From Mustelus asterias (Eukaryota): a DNA stretch of 64,000 nucleotides. The position numbers were made by a program, and so were the translations under genes. Under the pieces are notes generated by a model, which was given only the letters and a program-made list of their open reading frames with translations, was not told where the DNA came from and did no database searches. Position 1 is the stretch's first letter, and each line of letters begins with the position of its first letter. Location of the stretch: positions 434,001 through 498,000 of the forward strand of contig NW_027590213.1 of assembly GCF_964213995.1 (NCBI RefSeq). The letters run 5' to 3'. Below are positions 1-13,265 of the stretch, one piece after another.

Positions 1-1354
1 ATGTCTTTGCTTGTTTCCTCCTGTACAGTCCCAATGTCTCAGATGGAGGCCAGATTATCAAATTCAGTTCTCTCAAATAATTCATAGACAAAGAAACAAG
101 TATCTCCAAGAGAAAACTGTCACCTCATTCATCTCACCTCGACTTCCCTTTCACTCAAATCTTCATAAACACCCAAATATATGGATTCCTTTAAACTACA
201 CTTTTAGGAGTTCTCGAGAATCTTTAGAGTTAAATAAATCATTAAATATTCTCATAATATCTTTTAACAGAAACCAAACATTTCTGTTTGATTCCAGGCA
301 TTATCAACTTTGTTCTTTCCCTTAAACACCAGGTAATTTCCATTTTAAATGCTTGAAATAGCAACTCATGTCAGATATTTATCAATTCCAATCTCAAAAG
401 CAGGCTTGTTGGCTTTCTGAAAAGTAAAGTCTTTTATTCTCTGTTTTAATTCTCAAAACTGTTGACTTCACTCAGAGCTGGAAAACATCATCACCTGTTT
501 AAAAAACACAAACAATCCATCTGGCTCTGGCCAAGATCCCAGTGAGTTAATGTGTCCAATCACAGGTTACATTAAAAAACAAAGGCTGTGTGGAGATTTA
601 TAAAAATGAGCTGTCTGCTGAAAGGGTTAACTTCTCTGTGGAACCGAGAGAGGCGGGGAGTGGGCAGAGGAAACTTGGCAATTGCATCAACTTACATAAT
701 TTAAAAAACTTCTCTCGTGTTATTTTCTTCAATTTTGTTCAAATTTCATCTCTTTTATCTATCCTTTTTTGAACACCAATTTCAATTTTCAATATTTTCC
801 ACTTAATCAAAGTTGAAAGAAATACTTTGTGAAATGTGTTGTTAACCGAATCTCAACAATTTTAACTCGGATGTTTTGGAAAGTTGGAACTGGTTTGCTG
901 CCAAACTGCAGCCTGATCTTTGTGTTTTGGGAGCAAATTGGCCTTCACAATTCTAACCTTGAACAACTTAATTTCAAACCCAAATACATTCCTTTCACAT
1001 TTTAGTACAGTCTGAATTTATTTCAAACAGAAACACACGGCAGTTCAAATTAAATTAATTTTTATTCCCTTTCCAAACTAATTCTTCGAATCTGTGATGC
1101 TTGCAAACAACGCCCTGCCTCAACAATTATGACTCAAATGTACAGCATTCCTTCAACTGGGCAAACCAACTTGGAGTAAGCGTTGTGGATCATGATGGTG
1201 CAGAAGTCATGGCTAACCTCACACACCTGCATTCCCTTATCAGACAGGAAAGGCAGAGGAGAGGGGGGAGTGCTTGCAGTGATTCTTTTTTTGGAGAAAA
1301 CAACTACATCTACTCACTGGTGACTGATTTGTGTCTCAGGTTGTTTGATTTCAG

Positions 1355-1851
1355 CTATACACGGGGATTGGTCTGTCTCAGGGAGGTGTCTCTTTGTGGC
1401 TGAATTAACTTCCTCAAAGTCCCCACGGCATTTTCTAACTCTTCACTTGATCTGATATTTTCTGACTGTAAATCAATATCTTGTTCCAGAGTTTGGCCGA
1501 ACAGCAGTAGATTTTTCTGAGCTCCACTCACCCTATCATCTGCCCCCTGTTCCCAATGTAACTGATTGTCCAGGTCAGACGTGCTCTCCTGCCAGCAATC
1601 AGCTCCATTCTGCAGCTTATCCACCAGTTCCCTCAACTCTTTATATTTTGTACTCAGCTGTGAGGCAACAGGTTTCCAATGTAACTGTAAATTAATTTAT
1701 TCTGGACTTTTTCCAACTCACGATTTCCTTTCTGAATCTCTTTAGAAAACCTATCAAGGACCCGCTCGTAATCTCCGTCACATTCTTCTCCACCTCCCAG
1801 GGTATCTTTTGCTCCTGATGCCATTGACTCCATTGTCAAACTGTCAGTCAC
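1355..1851 (-). mobile_element. Decayed coding remnant, possibly the gag N-terminus of an LTR retroelement
   Basis: Two nearby minus-strand ORFs (1654-1851, 1355-1636) with coiled-coil-like E/K/L/Q composition; no diagnostic motif seen. Confidence 0.3.
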
Positions 1852-1944
1852 ATTGTAGCAGATGCCAAAGCCATTGTTGTATTTGTTTTTTTGAGGCAGC
1901 AGTGCTCACCACTGTGTCACTGGATGGAATGCTGGCACAGTGGA

Positions 1945-2140
1945 AAGAAACATAGAAACTAGATGCAGGAGTAGGCCATTCGGCCCTTTGAGCCTGCTCC
2001 ACCATTCATCTTCATCATGGCTGATCATCGAATTCAATATCCTGATTCCCCAATTCCTTCCATATCCCTTGATCCCTTTAGCCCCAAGAGCTATATTTCA
2101 TATCTTCTTGAAATAAGACAATGTTTTGGCCTCAACTATA
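1945..2140 (-). mobile_element. CR1 LINE 3' end fragment
   Basis: Similar to the 3' UTR/tail of the other CR1 copies in the window (ggccattcggccc...catggctgatc). Confidence 0.65.
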
Positions 2141-2371
2141 GGGTGACATGGTGGCACAGTGGTTAGCACTGCTGCCTCACAGCGCCAGGGACCCATTTAA
2201 TTCCAGCCTTGGGTGAGTGTCTGTGTGGAGTTCGCATGTTCTCCCTGTGTCTGCGTGGGCTTCCTCCGGGTGCTCCAGTTTCCACCCACAGACCAAAGAT
2301 GCCCAGGTTCAGTGGATTTGCAATGTTGAATTCCCTCTTCGTCTCCCAAGCTGTGCGGGTTAGATAGGTTA
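2141..2371 (+). mobile_element. HE1/V-SINE-type tRNA-derived SINE (3' truncated)
   Basis: Head gtggcacagtggttagcactgctgcctcacagcgccaggg and core gtctgtgtggagttcgcatgttctccc. Confidence 0.85.
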
Positions 2372-2590
2372 ACACAGTAAGAAGTTTAACAACACCAGGT
2401 TAAAGTCCAACAGGTTTATTTGGTAGCAAAAGCCACACAAGCTTTCGGAGCTGCAAGCCCCTTCTTCAGGTGAGTGGGAATTCTGTTCACAAACAGAGCT
2501 TATAAAGACACAGACTCAATTTACATGAATAATGGTTGGAATGCGAATACTTACAACTAATCAAGTCTTTAAGAAACAAAACAACATGAA
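2372..2590 (-). mobile_element. Penelope-like element terminal repeat with hammerhead motif (2434-2475)
   Basis: Same family as 13266-13705; minus strand reads cac CTGAAGA a ggggc ttgca gctcc GAAA gctt gtg. Confidence 0.75.
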
Positions 2591-3372
2591 GTGGCAAAGA
2601 AGTGGCAGATGGAATACAATGTGGAAAAGTGTGAGATTATGCACTTGGGTAGGAGGAATGGAGGCATAGACTATTTCCTAAATGGGGAAATGTTTCAGAA
2701 ATCAGAAGCACAAAGGGACTTGGGAGTCATTGTTCAAGATTCTCTTAAAGTTAACGTGCAGGTTTAGTTGGCAGTTCGGAAGGCAGATGCAATGTTAGCA
2801 TTCATGTCAAGAGGGTTAGAATACAAGAGCAGCGATGTACTTCTTAAACTGTATAAGGCTCTGGTCAGACCCCATTTGGAGTGTTGTGAGCAGTTGTGAG
2901 CCGCACATCTAAGGAAGGATATGCTGGTCTTGGAAAGGGTCTGGAGGAGCTTCACAAGAATGATCTCTGGAATGAAGATCTTGTCGTATGAAGAATGGTT
3001 GAGGACTCTGGGTCTGTACTCATTGGAGTTTAGAAGGATGAGTGGGGATCTTATTGAAACTTAGTAGGAAAAACTAGAACCAGAGGGCACAACCTGAGGC
3101 TAAAGGGATGATCCTTTAAAACAGAGATGAGGAGGAATTTCTTCAGTCAGAGAGTGGTGAATCTTTGGAACTCTTTGCCGCAGAAGGCTGTGAAGGTCAG
3201 TTCATTGAGTGTCTATAAGACAGAGATAGATAGGTTCTTGATTAATAAGGGGATCAGGGGTTATGGGGAAAAGGCAGGAGAATGGGGATGAGAAAAATAT
3301 CAGCCATGATTGAATAGCGGAGAAGACTCGATGGGTCTGGTGGCCTATTTCTGCTCCGATGTCTTATGGTCT
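2590..3372 (+). mobile_element. CR1 LINE 3' fragment (RT C-terminus and 3' UTR), decayed
   Basis: Translates to KWQMEYNVEKCEIMH...LYKALVRPHLE; similar to CR1 ORF2 at 20917-23838. Confidence 0.85.
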
Positions 3373-4475
3373 AAGCTCACAACTCCTTGATTAAAATAAG
3401 ATACAAGATCCTTCATTCCCCTTCATTATAACTTAACCTTTTTTTAGCCAACTTCCAAAGCCTGATTTTATAGGAAACATCAAGTCTTTGTTGATTTAAA
3501 ATCCCAAACATGTTGCCAGCTGCAAAATCTTTGTTCTTTATCTGGGGTTGAGGTGACAACACGATAAAATCCTCACAGTTCTTCCAAATTCCTCCAGGCT
3601 CTGCTTAAAATTTCCACATTTAACTGGTTCCCATAAATCCTCAATCAAAAACTAAAATAGACACATGAGTTTCCAGGTGATTTACAAAGAAATGAACCGT
3701 CTGCTGAAAGGGTTAACTTTTCTCCAGAACCTAAAGGGGTCGGGAGTGAGCAGAAAAAACTTGGCCCACAATTACTTCACTTTACATATGATGGGGGTTT
3801 TTCTCGGAGGCGAAGTATTGAGCTGAACCCAGTTAATACAAAGATTTGCAAAAGACAGTATACGGGTTAAAGACATTATTTATTGACTAACACGCGCTGG
3901 AAGAAAGGCAGCTGGGCAGTCCAACTCCTTTCTAAAGTTACAATACATTGGCCGTGTAGTTATACTATTTTGAAAGTTCATTTCACCCGCCCACTCTGTC
4001 ATCCTAACTGGATGCTCCAATCGTGTTCGTGCACAATATTTACCTTGGCCAATAACATCCTATCTTCTGGAAGAATGGAAATTCATTGGTCTGTAGAATC
4101 TGAAAGTTCCTGCCCACTGTTACTTTGCAACTTTCACTTACATAGGTCCATAGGGTTCAAAGGTTGCTTTCTAACTGACTCTCAGCAACTTCTATTACAT
4201 AGCTTAGAGGGTTCAAAAGTTCCTTTCCACTGTCTGCTGAGCCATCCCTTATCAGTAAAAAATGAATAATTCTATTCATTCTAGTGTCTGGGAAGCGTTT
4301 ACTTTTATAACTCATACTGATAAAAACTGTGCTCTGTGGCTTCACTCTTCTGACAGAATGTGGCCTGTCTCACTCAGCTTTTATCCCATTATGCTTTAGG
4401 GCAGTCTGCAGTTTGGCCAAGGTGTACATTTTAGTCCAAAAAGTACACATTTAAATTCTCTACCACTGGTTATAT

Positions 4476-4804
4476 CATAGAAACCCTACAGTGCAGAAGG
4501 AGGCCATTCGGCCCATCGAGTCTGCATCGACCACAATCCCACCCAGGCCCTATCCCCACATATTTACCCACTAATCCCTCTAACCTACGCATCCCAGGAC
4601 TCTAAGGGGCAATTTTTAACCTGGTCAATCAACCTAACCCGCACATCTTTGGACTGTGGGAGGAAACCGGAGCACCCGGAGGAAACCCACGCAGACACGA
4701 GGAGAATGTGCAAACTCCACACAGACAGTGACCCGGGCCGGGAATCGAACCCAGGACCCTGGAGCTGTGAAGCAGCAGTGCTAACCACTGTGCTACCGTG
4801 CCGC
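4476..4804 (-). mobile_element. HE1/V-SINE-type SINE, near full length
   Basis: tRNA-like head with A box and B box (ggttcgattcc), V-domain core and CR1-like tail. Confidence 0.9.
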
Positions 4805-5657
4805 TTTTAAACTTCATCTATTAATTTTTTTGTTATATTCCTCAACCTATTTTAATTTGATCAGTTTTTGTTAGGGATGGGTAATTTCTGTTCTTTATAA
4901 ACTGGTTCACTTATTTTGTTAATTCTACACGGGCTCGGAGAATCAGAACCCAGACTCTATCATCCTTATCCTTTTTCTCCTTTTGTCACCACTTTCTCTC
5001 TGTCTTGCAGGAGGATCGTGGGGATTCCAATCAGACCAAATCATTTATTATAAAAGTAAAACAAAAACAGAAAATGCTGGAAAATCCCAGCAGATCTGAC
5101 AGCTATGTATCTCTATGCAGACAGTACCTTTGTATAATATAAATAAGGCACGTTGTGGTCCTTATTCTACGTTAGTCTAAGTCAGTCCACCCTGTTTCAA
5201 TAGCTTTTATTAGTTTTTAATCTCAAGGTATTCTGAACCCCTCTGACAAAATAACTTCAAAAAACTTAAAGTTTATAATTAGTCTCAAGTAAGCTTACAT
5301 TAACACTGCAATGAAGTTACTGTAAAAAATCCCCTCTCTAACAACAAAAGAAACTTGATTTTAAACTTCATCTATTAATTTTTTTGTTATATTCCTCAAC
5401 CTATTTTAATTTGATCAGTTTTTTGTTAGGGATGGGTAATTTCTGTTCTTTATAAACTGGTTCACTCATTTTGTTAATTCTACATGGGCTCGGGAATCAG
5501 AACCCAGACTCTATCATCCATATCCTTTTTCTCCTTTTGCCACCACTTTCTCTCTGCCTTGCGGGAGGATCGTGGGGATTCCAATCAGACCAAATCATTT
5601 ATTATAAAAGTAAAACAAAAACAGAAAATGCTGGAAAATCCCAGCAGATCTGACAGC
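4805..5657. repeat. Direct duplication of ~300 bp (4805-5103 and 5359-5657)
   Basis: Near-identical sequence from ttttaaacttcatctatt to cagatctgacagc in both places. Confidence 0.9.
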
Positions 5658-5758
5658 ATCTGTAGGGAGAGAATAGAGCCAACGTTTCAAGTCTGGATGA
5701 CCCTTCATGAGAGCTCCTATGAAGTGTCATCCAGACTCAAAATGTTGGCTCTATTCTC
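5610..5758. mobile_element. Second Penelope-like family, two inverted degenerate hammerhead halves
   Basis: gaatagagccaacgtttcaagtctggatgacccttcat ... atgaagtgtcatccagactcaaaatgttggctctattc form an inverted pair. Confidence 0.6.
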
Positions 5759-6110
5759 AAATCATTTTATCGATAAGTTTCTTGTTCTTAGTTTCCAAAA
5801 GACTGGTAAGAAATCTGTCCGGTCCCTACTCGAGCTCTGAATTTTTCACTGGCCATGCTTGGGTTGGATTATAACGATTAGAATCCACTCTTAGAGGTCC
5901 ACTTTTCAGTCCAGTGCTACTTGGAGTGTACCGTCACTTCACCGACTACCGGGTCACAAGTCCCTCCCAGTTCTTATCACAAATCTATGATAAAATAATT
6001 TAAGCAATGCCTGAGAACGTTTCTTAATCTACCTACCACCGTTTGTTGATTGATCAGACCCCCTTTTTACAGATTCGGATATCTCAGCCGCTGAATATCA
6101 GCTGGTTATT

Positions 6111-6430
6111 CATAGATTCATAGAATCCTACAGTGCAAAAGGAGGCCATTTGGCCCATCGAGACTGCACTGACTACAATCACGCCCAGGCCCTATCCCCC
6201 ATGCATTTACCCTAGCTAGTCCCCCTGAGACTAAGGAGCAATTTAGCATGGCCAATCCACCTAACCCGCACATCTTTGGACTTTGGGAGGAAACCGGGGC
6301 ACCCGCAGGAAACGGGGACATGGGGAGAATGTGCAGACTCCACACAGACAGTGACCCAAGGCAGGAATCGAACCCGGGTCTCTGGCGCTGTGAGCCAGCA
6401 GTGCTAACCACTGTACCACCGTGCCGCCCC
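6111..6430 (-). mobile_element. HE1/V-SINE-type SINE
   Basis: Head, core and tail as in the other copies. Confidence 0.9.
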
Positions 6431-7243
6431 AGTTTAATTCCCCAGTTTAATTCTAACTCATTCTGAGTAAATATTCTCACCAGCTCCTCTGTTGGGGCCC
6501 TGTTAAGCAGCTTTAATGGTCCGTGATTGCAGAAACTGTGCAGTCACAGGAATGTGGTCAAGATAGTCCAGTCCCAGAATGCCTCACATTCAATCTGCTG
6601 TCCTTCAATTATCACAGAATATGTGGCTGTATGTAGCTGCCTCAGCCACGATCAGCGCCAACACTGCCTTCCTGAACTGCTACAATGCCTCAGGTGTAAG
6701 TACACCCACCGTGCTGTTAGGGAGGGATTTCCAGCTACACATTCCTGACAAGATTCTGACAGGTTTAGATAAGGTGGACAAAGAAAAGCTGTTCCCATTA
6801 GCTGATGGGACAAGGACAAGAGGGCACAGATTTAAAGTTTTGAGTCAGAGATACAGGGGGGGATGTAAGGAAGAATATTTTGATGCAGTGAATGGTAATG
6901 ACCTGGAACTCGCTGCCTACGAGGGTGGAGGAAGTGGAGACAATAAACAATTACAAAGGAAATTGGATGGGCATTTGGGGGGGTTCCAAACAGAAATCCT
7001 TACCAATTATCTCTGAACTTCCTAACACCCGGTCACTCTGTGATCCTTGTGAAATTTGAAACCATGTATTCACAACAAGACTCAAAGAGCATGAGCCCAC
7101 TGGAGGCAAAGTCGTGAGACCGGCCAGTCCAGGAGAAAGAAACCCCCCGACCCTCCCCATTGACCAACTGTGAGAATGAACAAAATGCAGTCCTGGATGT
7201 AATTGAGAGCAGAAACAATAACAGCAGAATCCAATCCCTGGAA

Positions 7244-8422
7244 TCACTCATGAACTTGTTGGTGTCTCAGCAGCTGGGATGAAACTCTGAATCCCTTCGC
7301 ACACTGAGAGCAGGTGAATGGTCTCTCCCCAGTGTGAACTCGCTGGTGCTTCCGCAGGTTGGATGAATGAGTGAATCCCTTCCCACACTGAGAGCAGGTG
7401 AATGGTCTCTCCCCAGTGTGAACTCGCTGGTGTGTCTGCAGGGTGGATAACTGACTGAATCCCTCCCCACACTGAGAGCAAGTGAATGGTCTCTCCCCAG
7501 TGTGAACCCGCTGGTGTTTCCGCAGGTTGGATAACTGACTGAATCCCTTTGCACACTGAGAGCAGGTGAATGGTCTCTCCCCAGTGTGAACTCGCTGGTG
7601 TATCTGCAGGCTGGATAAATTAGTGAATTCCTTCCCACACTGGGAGCAGGTGAATGGCCTCTCCCCAGTGTGAACTCGCTGGTGTGTCTGCAGGCTGGAC
7701 AACTGACTGAATCCCTTCCCACACTGAGAGCAGGTGAACGGCTTCTCCCCAGTGTGAACTCGCTGGTGTGTCTGCAGGTGGGATAATTGAGTGAATCCCT
7801 TCCCACACTGAGAGCAAGTGAACGGCCTCTCCCCAGTGTGAACTCGCTGGTGTCTCCGCAGGTGGGATATTTCATTGAATCCCTTGCCACACTGAGAGCA
7901 GGTGAACGGCCTCTCCCCAGTGTGAACTCGCTGGTGTCTCCTCATGCGGGAAGATTCACTGAATCCCTTCCCACACTGAGAGCAGGTGAACGGCCTCTCC
8001 CCAGTGTGAACTCGCTGGTGTGCCCGCAGGTTGGATGAATCACTGAATCCCTTCCCACAGTGAGAGCAGGTGAACGGCCTTTCCCCAGTGTGAACTCGCT
8101 GGTGCTTCCACAGGTTGGATGAATGAGTGAATCCCTTCCCACACTGTGAGCAGGTGAATGGTCTGTCCCCAGTGTGAACTCGCTGGTGTGTCCGCTGCTC
8201 GGATAACTGACTGAATCCCTTCCCACACTGAGAGCAGGTGAGCGGCCTCTTCCCAGTGTGAACTCGCTGGTGTGTCCGCAGGTGGGATATTTCACTGAAT
8301 CCCTTGCCACATTGAGAGCAGGTGAATGGCCTCTCTCCAGTGTGACTGCGCCAATGAACTTCCAGTTCTGATGGGTATCTGTATCTCTTCCCACAGTCCC
8401 CACATTTCCATGGTTTCTCCAT
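7244..8422 (-). CDS. C2H2 zinc-finger protein, 14 fingers, 392 aa (ZNF-A)
   Basis: 14 CxxC..HxxxH repeats with TGERP-type linkers; start set at Kozak GCACCATGG (MEKPWKC) rather than the non-ATG start at 8488. Confidence 0.9.
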   Translation of the reverse strand: MEKPWKCGDCGKRYRYPSELEVHWRSHTGERPFTCSQCGKGFSEISHLRTHQRVHTGKRPLTCSQCGKGFSQLSEQRTHQRVHTGDRPFTCSQCGKGFTHSSNLWKHQRVHTGERPFTCSHCGKGFSDSSNLRAHQRVHTGERPFTCSQCGKGFSESSRMRRHQRVHTGERPFTCSQCGKGFNEISHLRRHQRVHTGERPFTCSQCGKGFTQLSHLQTHQRVHTGEKPFTCSQCGKGFSQLSSLQTHQRVHTGERPFTCSQCGKEFTNLSSLQIHQRVHTGERPFTCSQCAKGFSQLSNLRKHQRVHTGERPFTCSQCGEGFSQLSTLQTHQRVHTGERPFTCSQCGKGFTHSSNLRKHQRVHTGERPFTCSQCAKGFRVSSQLLRHQQVHE

Positions 8423-8774
8423 GGTGCAGTGTCCTTGCCTCTCTCTTTGGTGTACAATCAGTTGAAGCCTCGTTAACACACACAACACGAGTGCAGTCTC
8501 TCCCCACTGTTAATGGTGTGATCTGTATTCAGCTCTTTAGTCAATGCACTTGAACACTCTCATTTGATTGTGGCAGTGTGTTGGTCCTTTTCCAGTCAAA
8601 CTGACATTTAAAATCCTTTCAAATCGACAGACCAGACAATCATTTGTCCTTCTAGATTCAAAAGCTAATGATATTCAGGTCCCAAGGAATATGACTCTGT
8701 CAGATCTAGATGTGACGATTGAGATTTCTGCCTGTGATTCCTCTTTCAATATCCTGTAAAACAAGTTTGCAAAC

Positions 8775-8990
8775 GTCATCACTGTCAGTACAGGATAGAA
8801 ATTCAGAACAGACAGTTCTAGTTTCTATGGAACATTCTTTCCTCTCTCATTCCCCAAAAGCTCTAAATCCCCATCCCACACACTCTCCCTCCATTCTCAC
8901 TCTGCTGTATCTAATATTCACCCTCCCAATTCTGCTGAAGGTGCTGATTGAGGCTGATTGACAGATCCATGCTCACTGCTTCCTGTCCAG
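8775..8990 (-). other. Conserved upstream block: putative 66-nt exon 2 (8922-8987) plus following intron
   Basis: Near-identical to 13705-13925 and 26370-26590; GTGAAT donor; last-exon acceptor ttttacag near 8755. Confidence 0.55.
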
Positions 8991-9574
8991 CACAGAAATA
9001 ATAACAAATTGGAACTGCGATTGGCCACTTGGTCTATCGAGCCTTTTAAACCAGTCTGTGAGATCATTGGCTCATCTACCTCAGCATCATTCTCCCACCA
9101 CTAAACCCATCTCCCTTGATTTCTTCAATATCTAGAAACCAATTGCTCTCTCTCTCTCTCTCCTGAAAATTCTTGATGACTGAGGCTCCACAGGCCGCCA
9201 GGGTAGAGAATTCCAAAGCTTCACCACATCCTTGAATCAGGAAATCCCTCGTCATCTTAGCTTTCTCTCCATTTCCCCATATGTTCCCCATAAGCCTTGA
9301 CAGTCTTGTCAGTCAAAAATCAGTCTAACTCATCCTGGAATATATTTAATGATTCTCAACCTGCAATGATCCCTGTGGAAAGGAAATTCAAGAATAACAA
9401 TTGCCTGAGGAGATGACTGGAAATATATAACGGAACTACGTTTCTATATTACAAGACTATAAATAATAATAAATGTATATTATTTCAGAGTCATAAATAA
9501 TATATCTAATCTATATCATATAACAACACTCGACATGTCTCTATCCTATATTAATTTACTGTCCTCTTAAATGT

Positions 9575-9665
9575 CAGTAAGAAGTCTCACAACACCAGGT
9601 TAAAGTCCAACAGGTTTATTTGGCAGCAAAAGCCACACAAGCTTTCGGAGCGCTGCTCCTTCGTA
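9575..9665 (-). mobile_element. Penelope-like terminal fragment
   Basis: agtaagaagtctcacaacaccaggttaaagtccaacagg family signature. Confidence 0.7.
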
Positions 9666-9920
9666 ATGTCAGCCATCTCCTGGGAAACAAACCCTTTAAT
9701 TGTGAATATTAGGAAAGAGACCATCCTTTTAGCCAGACAAATAAATGTCTCAAGCTGAGGGAGCAAAGGATGTCAATGTCTTTAAGAGAGAGAGACCTTG
9801 GCCAACCTGTCTAGAGTCTGCAGCCTCCCTGGATTCACTTCCTTTCCCTTCAGTTGCTGCAAGTCCCCAATTTCACCCAGAATGAGAAAATAAATGGAAA
9901 GGGGGAGAAAAGAAAGTGTT

Positions 9921-10432
9921 TTACTCACAGATGGTAGAGACAGGAGGAAGTTTCAGTCTGTCTGAAGCTCAATCTGCATTAACACAAAGCCCGCGCTCTG
10001 ATTGGCTGGAGGACCAGCGTCGTTCCGGTCCTCCAACTCTTCCCATTGGCCAATACCTTAGAGTGAAGGTCAGGGGGTGGGATCTCCGCCGCGCGGACAC
10101 GGGAGCCCCGCCCCCACCCATTGTTCCCCCTCCCCCTGCACCTCCTCGAGCCAAGGTTTCCAGGCAACCGGCTGATGGCTCCGGCCAGAGCGATCGCCCC
10201 CTCCCCCTCCCCCCCCGGCACGGGATTGCGCATGTCCAAGGGAGAGGGGACGCTGCGCATGTGCGGGGGAACCCATCCCCTGACCGGCATACTGAGGTAT
10301 TGACCAATAGAAAGGAGTGGAGGACCGGACGTTCTCTGGTCCTCCAGCCAATCACATTTCCTCCATTGTGTGAATGCGGAAGTTGGCCCATGAGCTTCAG
10401 ACCAAAACCTCCTCTGCGCAACATCTGGGAGG
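9921..10432. promoter_or_regulatory. Bidirectional CpG-rich ZNF promoter module, copy 1, with first-exon ends on both sides
   Basis: CCAAT boxes, GC box, RFX X-box gtttccaggcaac (10156-10168), tgcgcatg motifs; minus-strand donor catct|gtgagt near 9925; caacatctgggagg near 10419. Confidence 0.7.
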
Positions 10433-13135
10433 AAATCCAAAGGTGTTCTTTCATCATGTGAAGGGCAGGAGGTGACCAGGGAAAGAATAGGGTCCATTCG
10501 GGAGCAATGTGGTCATTTGTACATGGAGCTGGGAGATATTGGTGGGGTTTTAAATTAATACTTTGCTTCTGTATTCACTGTGGGGGTGGGTGATGTAGGT
10601 ATAGAAAGCACAGTAAGAAGTCTCACAACACCAGGGTAAAGTCCAACAGATTTATTTGGAATCACGAGCTTTTGGCTGCTTGTTTGAGACTGCACCTTCA
10701 TCAGGTGAGTCGTATAGATACCAGGGAGCAGCTTTGTGATTCATTTCAACAACGTCACATCGAGAGGGAGGAGGTATTAATGGTTTGAACTGGGCCTAAA
10801 ATTATATAAATCCCCAGCTCCAGATGAGGTGTGTCACAGACTGCTGTGGGAGGCAAGAGAGGAGATTGCAGCCACTCTGACAATAATTTTCAAATCTTCT
10901 TTGGCCACAGGAAAGGTCGTACAACACCAGGTTAAAGTCCAACAGGTTTATTTGGGAACACAAGCCATTCGCTTTCAGAGCACTGCCCCTTCAGCAGACG
11001 AGTGGGAGTTCATCAGGGTGAGTTGTGAGACTTCTTACTATGTTTACCCCAGTCCAATGCTGGCATCTCCACATCACTGGAGAGGTGCCAGAGGAGTGGA
11101 GGACAGCTGATGTGGTACCATTAGTCAAGAAGGGACATAGGGAAAAAACCAGCAAAGTACAGGCCAGTGAGTCCGACTTCAGCAGTAGGGAAACTATTGG
11201 AAAAACTTCTGAGGGACAGATTACTTTCCACTTGGGGAGGTAAGGATTAATCAAGGATAGTCAGCATGATTTTGGCAAAGGGAGATCATGTATTACAAAT
11301 TTGGTTGAACTTTCGAGGAGGTGAGGAGGTGTGTAGATGAGGGGAGTGCAGTTGATGCAGTGTATATGAACTTCAGTAAGGCTTTTGACAAGGTCCCGCA
11401 TGGGAGGCTGATGAAGAAGGTAAGAGCCCACGGGATCCAGGGTAATTTGCCAAACTGGATCCAAAAGTGGCACGAGTCAGAGGGGGATGGCCAAATGCTG
11501 TTTTTCTGATGAGCTGTCTGTGTCCAGTGGTGTTCCGCAGGGATTAGCGCTGGATCCCTTGTTTTTAGTGTAAGTTAATGATCTGGATGTGAATGTAGGA
11601 GGTATGATCAGTAGGTTTGTAGATGGCACAAAATGGGTGATGTGGTAAATAGCAAAGAGCAAAGCCTTAGATTACAGGATGATATCGACGGGGCGGCACG
11701 GTGGCACTGCTGCATCACACAACCAGAGACCTGGGTTTGATATCGACGGGGCGGCACGGTAGCACAGTGGTTAGCACTGCTGCTTCACAGCTCCAGGGAC
11801 CTGGGTTTGATTCCCGGCTCGGGTCACTGTCTGTGTGGAGTTTGCACATTCTCCTCGTGTCTGCGTGGGTTTCCTCCGGGTGCTCCGGTTTCCTCCCACA
11901 GTCCAAAGATGTGCGGGTTAGGTTGATTGGCCGTGCTAAAATTGCCCCTTAGTGTCCTGAGATGCACAGGTTAGAGGGATTAGCGGGGGAATATGGGGGT
12001 AGGGCCTGGGTGGGATTGTGGTCGGTGCAGACGCGATGGGCCAAATGGCCTCTTTCTGCACTGTAGGTTTTCTATGAATTCTATGATTCCCGGTTTGGGT
12101 CACTCTCTTTCTTCCCATGTCTGCTTTGTTTCCTCTGGATTCTCCGTTTTCCTCCCACAATCCGAAAGTCGTGCTTTAGGTCAGGTGCATTGGCCATGCT
12201 AAATTCTCCCTCAGTGTTCTTGAACAGGTGCAACTAGGGGAATTTTCACAGTGACTTCATTGCAGTGTTAATGTTAGCCCACTTGTGACACTAATAAATA
12301 AACTTTAAAACTTTAATTAGATGGGCAGAACAGTGGCAAAAGGAATTCAGACCTGAAAAGTTTGAGGTAATGCATTTTGGGAAGACGAACAAGGTAATGT
12401 GATGCACAATAAATGGTCAGAACCGAGGAAGTACAGAGGATCAGAGGGACCTTGGTGTGCATGTCATAGATCTCTGAAGACAGTAGGACAGTTACAGAAG
12501 GCACATGGGATACTTGCCTTTATTAACCGAGGCATTGAATATAAGGGTAGGGAGGTTATGATGGAGCTGTATAAAACACTGGATAGGCCACAGCTGGAGT
12601 ACTGTGTGCAGTTCTGGTCGCCACACTATAGGAAGGATGTAATTGCACTGGAGAAGGTGCAGAGGAAATTCCCCAGGGTGTTGCCTGGGCTGGAGTGTTT
12701 CAGTTATCAAGAGAGACTGGATAGGCTGGCGTTGTTTTTCTTGGAGCAGAGAACGATGAAGGGGACCTGATTGAGGTGTATAAAATTCTGAGGGGCACAG
12801 ATAGGGGGGATAGGAAGGAACTTTTCTCTTCAGTAGAGAGGTCAATAACCAGGGGCATGGATTAAAGCTCAGGGGCAGGAGGATTATAGGAGATGTGAGG
12901 GAAAATGTTTTCACCCAGAGGGTGGTGGGAATCTGGAACTCAGTGCCTGAAAGGGTGGTAGAGGTGGGAACCTTCACAACATTTAAGAAGAATTTACATA
13001 AGCTCTTGAAATGCCATGGCATACAAGGTTACGCACCAAGTGTGGAAAATGGGTTAGAATAGAATGGTGCTTGATGGCCGGTACAAACATGATGGGCCGA
13101 AGGGCCTCTTTCCATGCTGTAAAACTCTATGATCA
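10430..13135 (+). mobile_element. Decayed CR1 ORF2 and 3' UTR, interrupted by Penelope fragments (~10610-10712, ~10920-11077) and SINEs
   Basis: Fragments TGEVPEEWRTADVVPL, VYMNFSKAFDKVPHGRL, GVPQG, RPQLEYCVQFWSPHYRKD. Confidence 0.9.
11691..12312 (+). mobile_element. Nested SINEs: young HE1-type copy (11749-12084) inside an older SINE (11691-11741 and 12085-12312)
   Basis: Two heads; the older B box ggtttgat|tcccgg is split by the full young copy. Confidence 0.8.
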
Positions 13136-13265
13136 CCCACATTGGCAGCAAGTTCAATATCATCATCAGTCACAACCCCCCTGTATCTTCACTAACTGAA
13201 ACAATCCATTTAAAACATTTTTAGTTGAGGAATATAGTGATATTTCCGTGAGGCTGGCATTCTGC

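Noticed and set aside
4585-4817. Recurrent short ORFs such as MVSTAASQLQGPGFDS
   Set aside because: Translations of HE1-type SINE copies
7248-8457. Overlapping ORFs with repeated SEFTLGR / PASSHWGE motifs (also in the other ZNFs)
   Set aside because: Alternative-frame shadows of the 84-bp finger repeat
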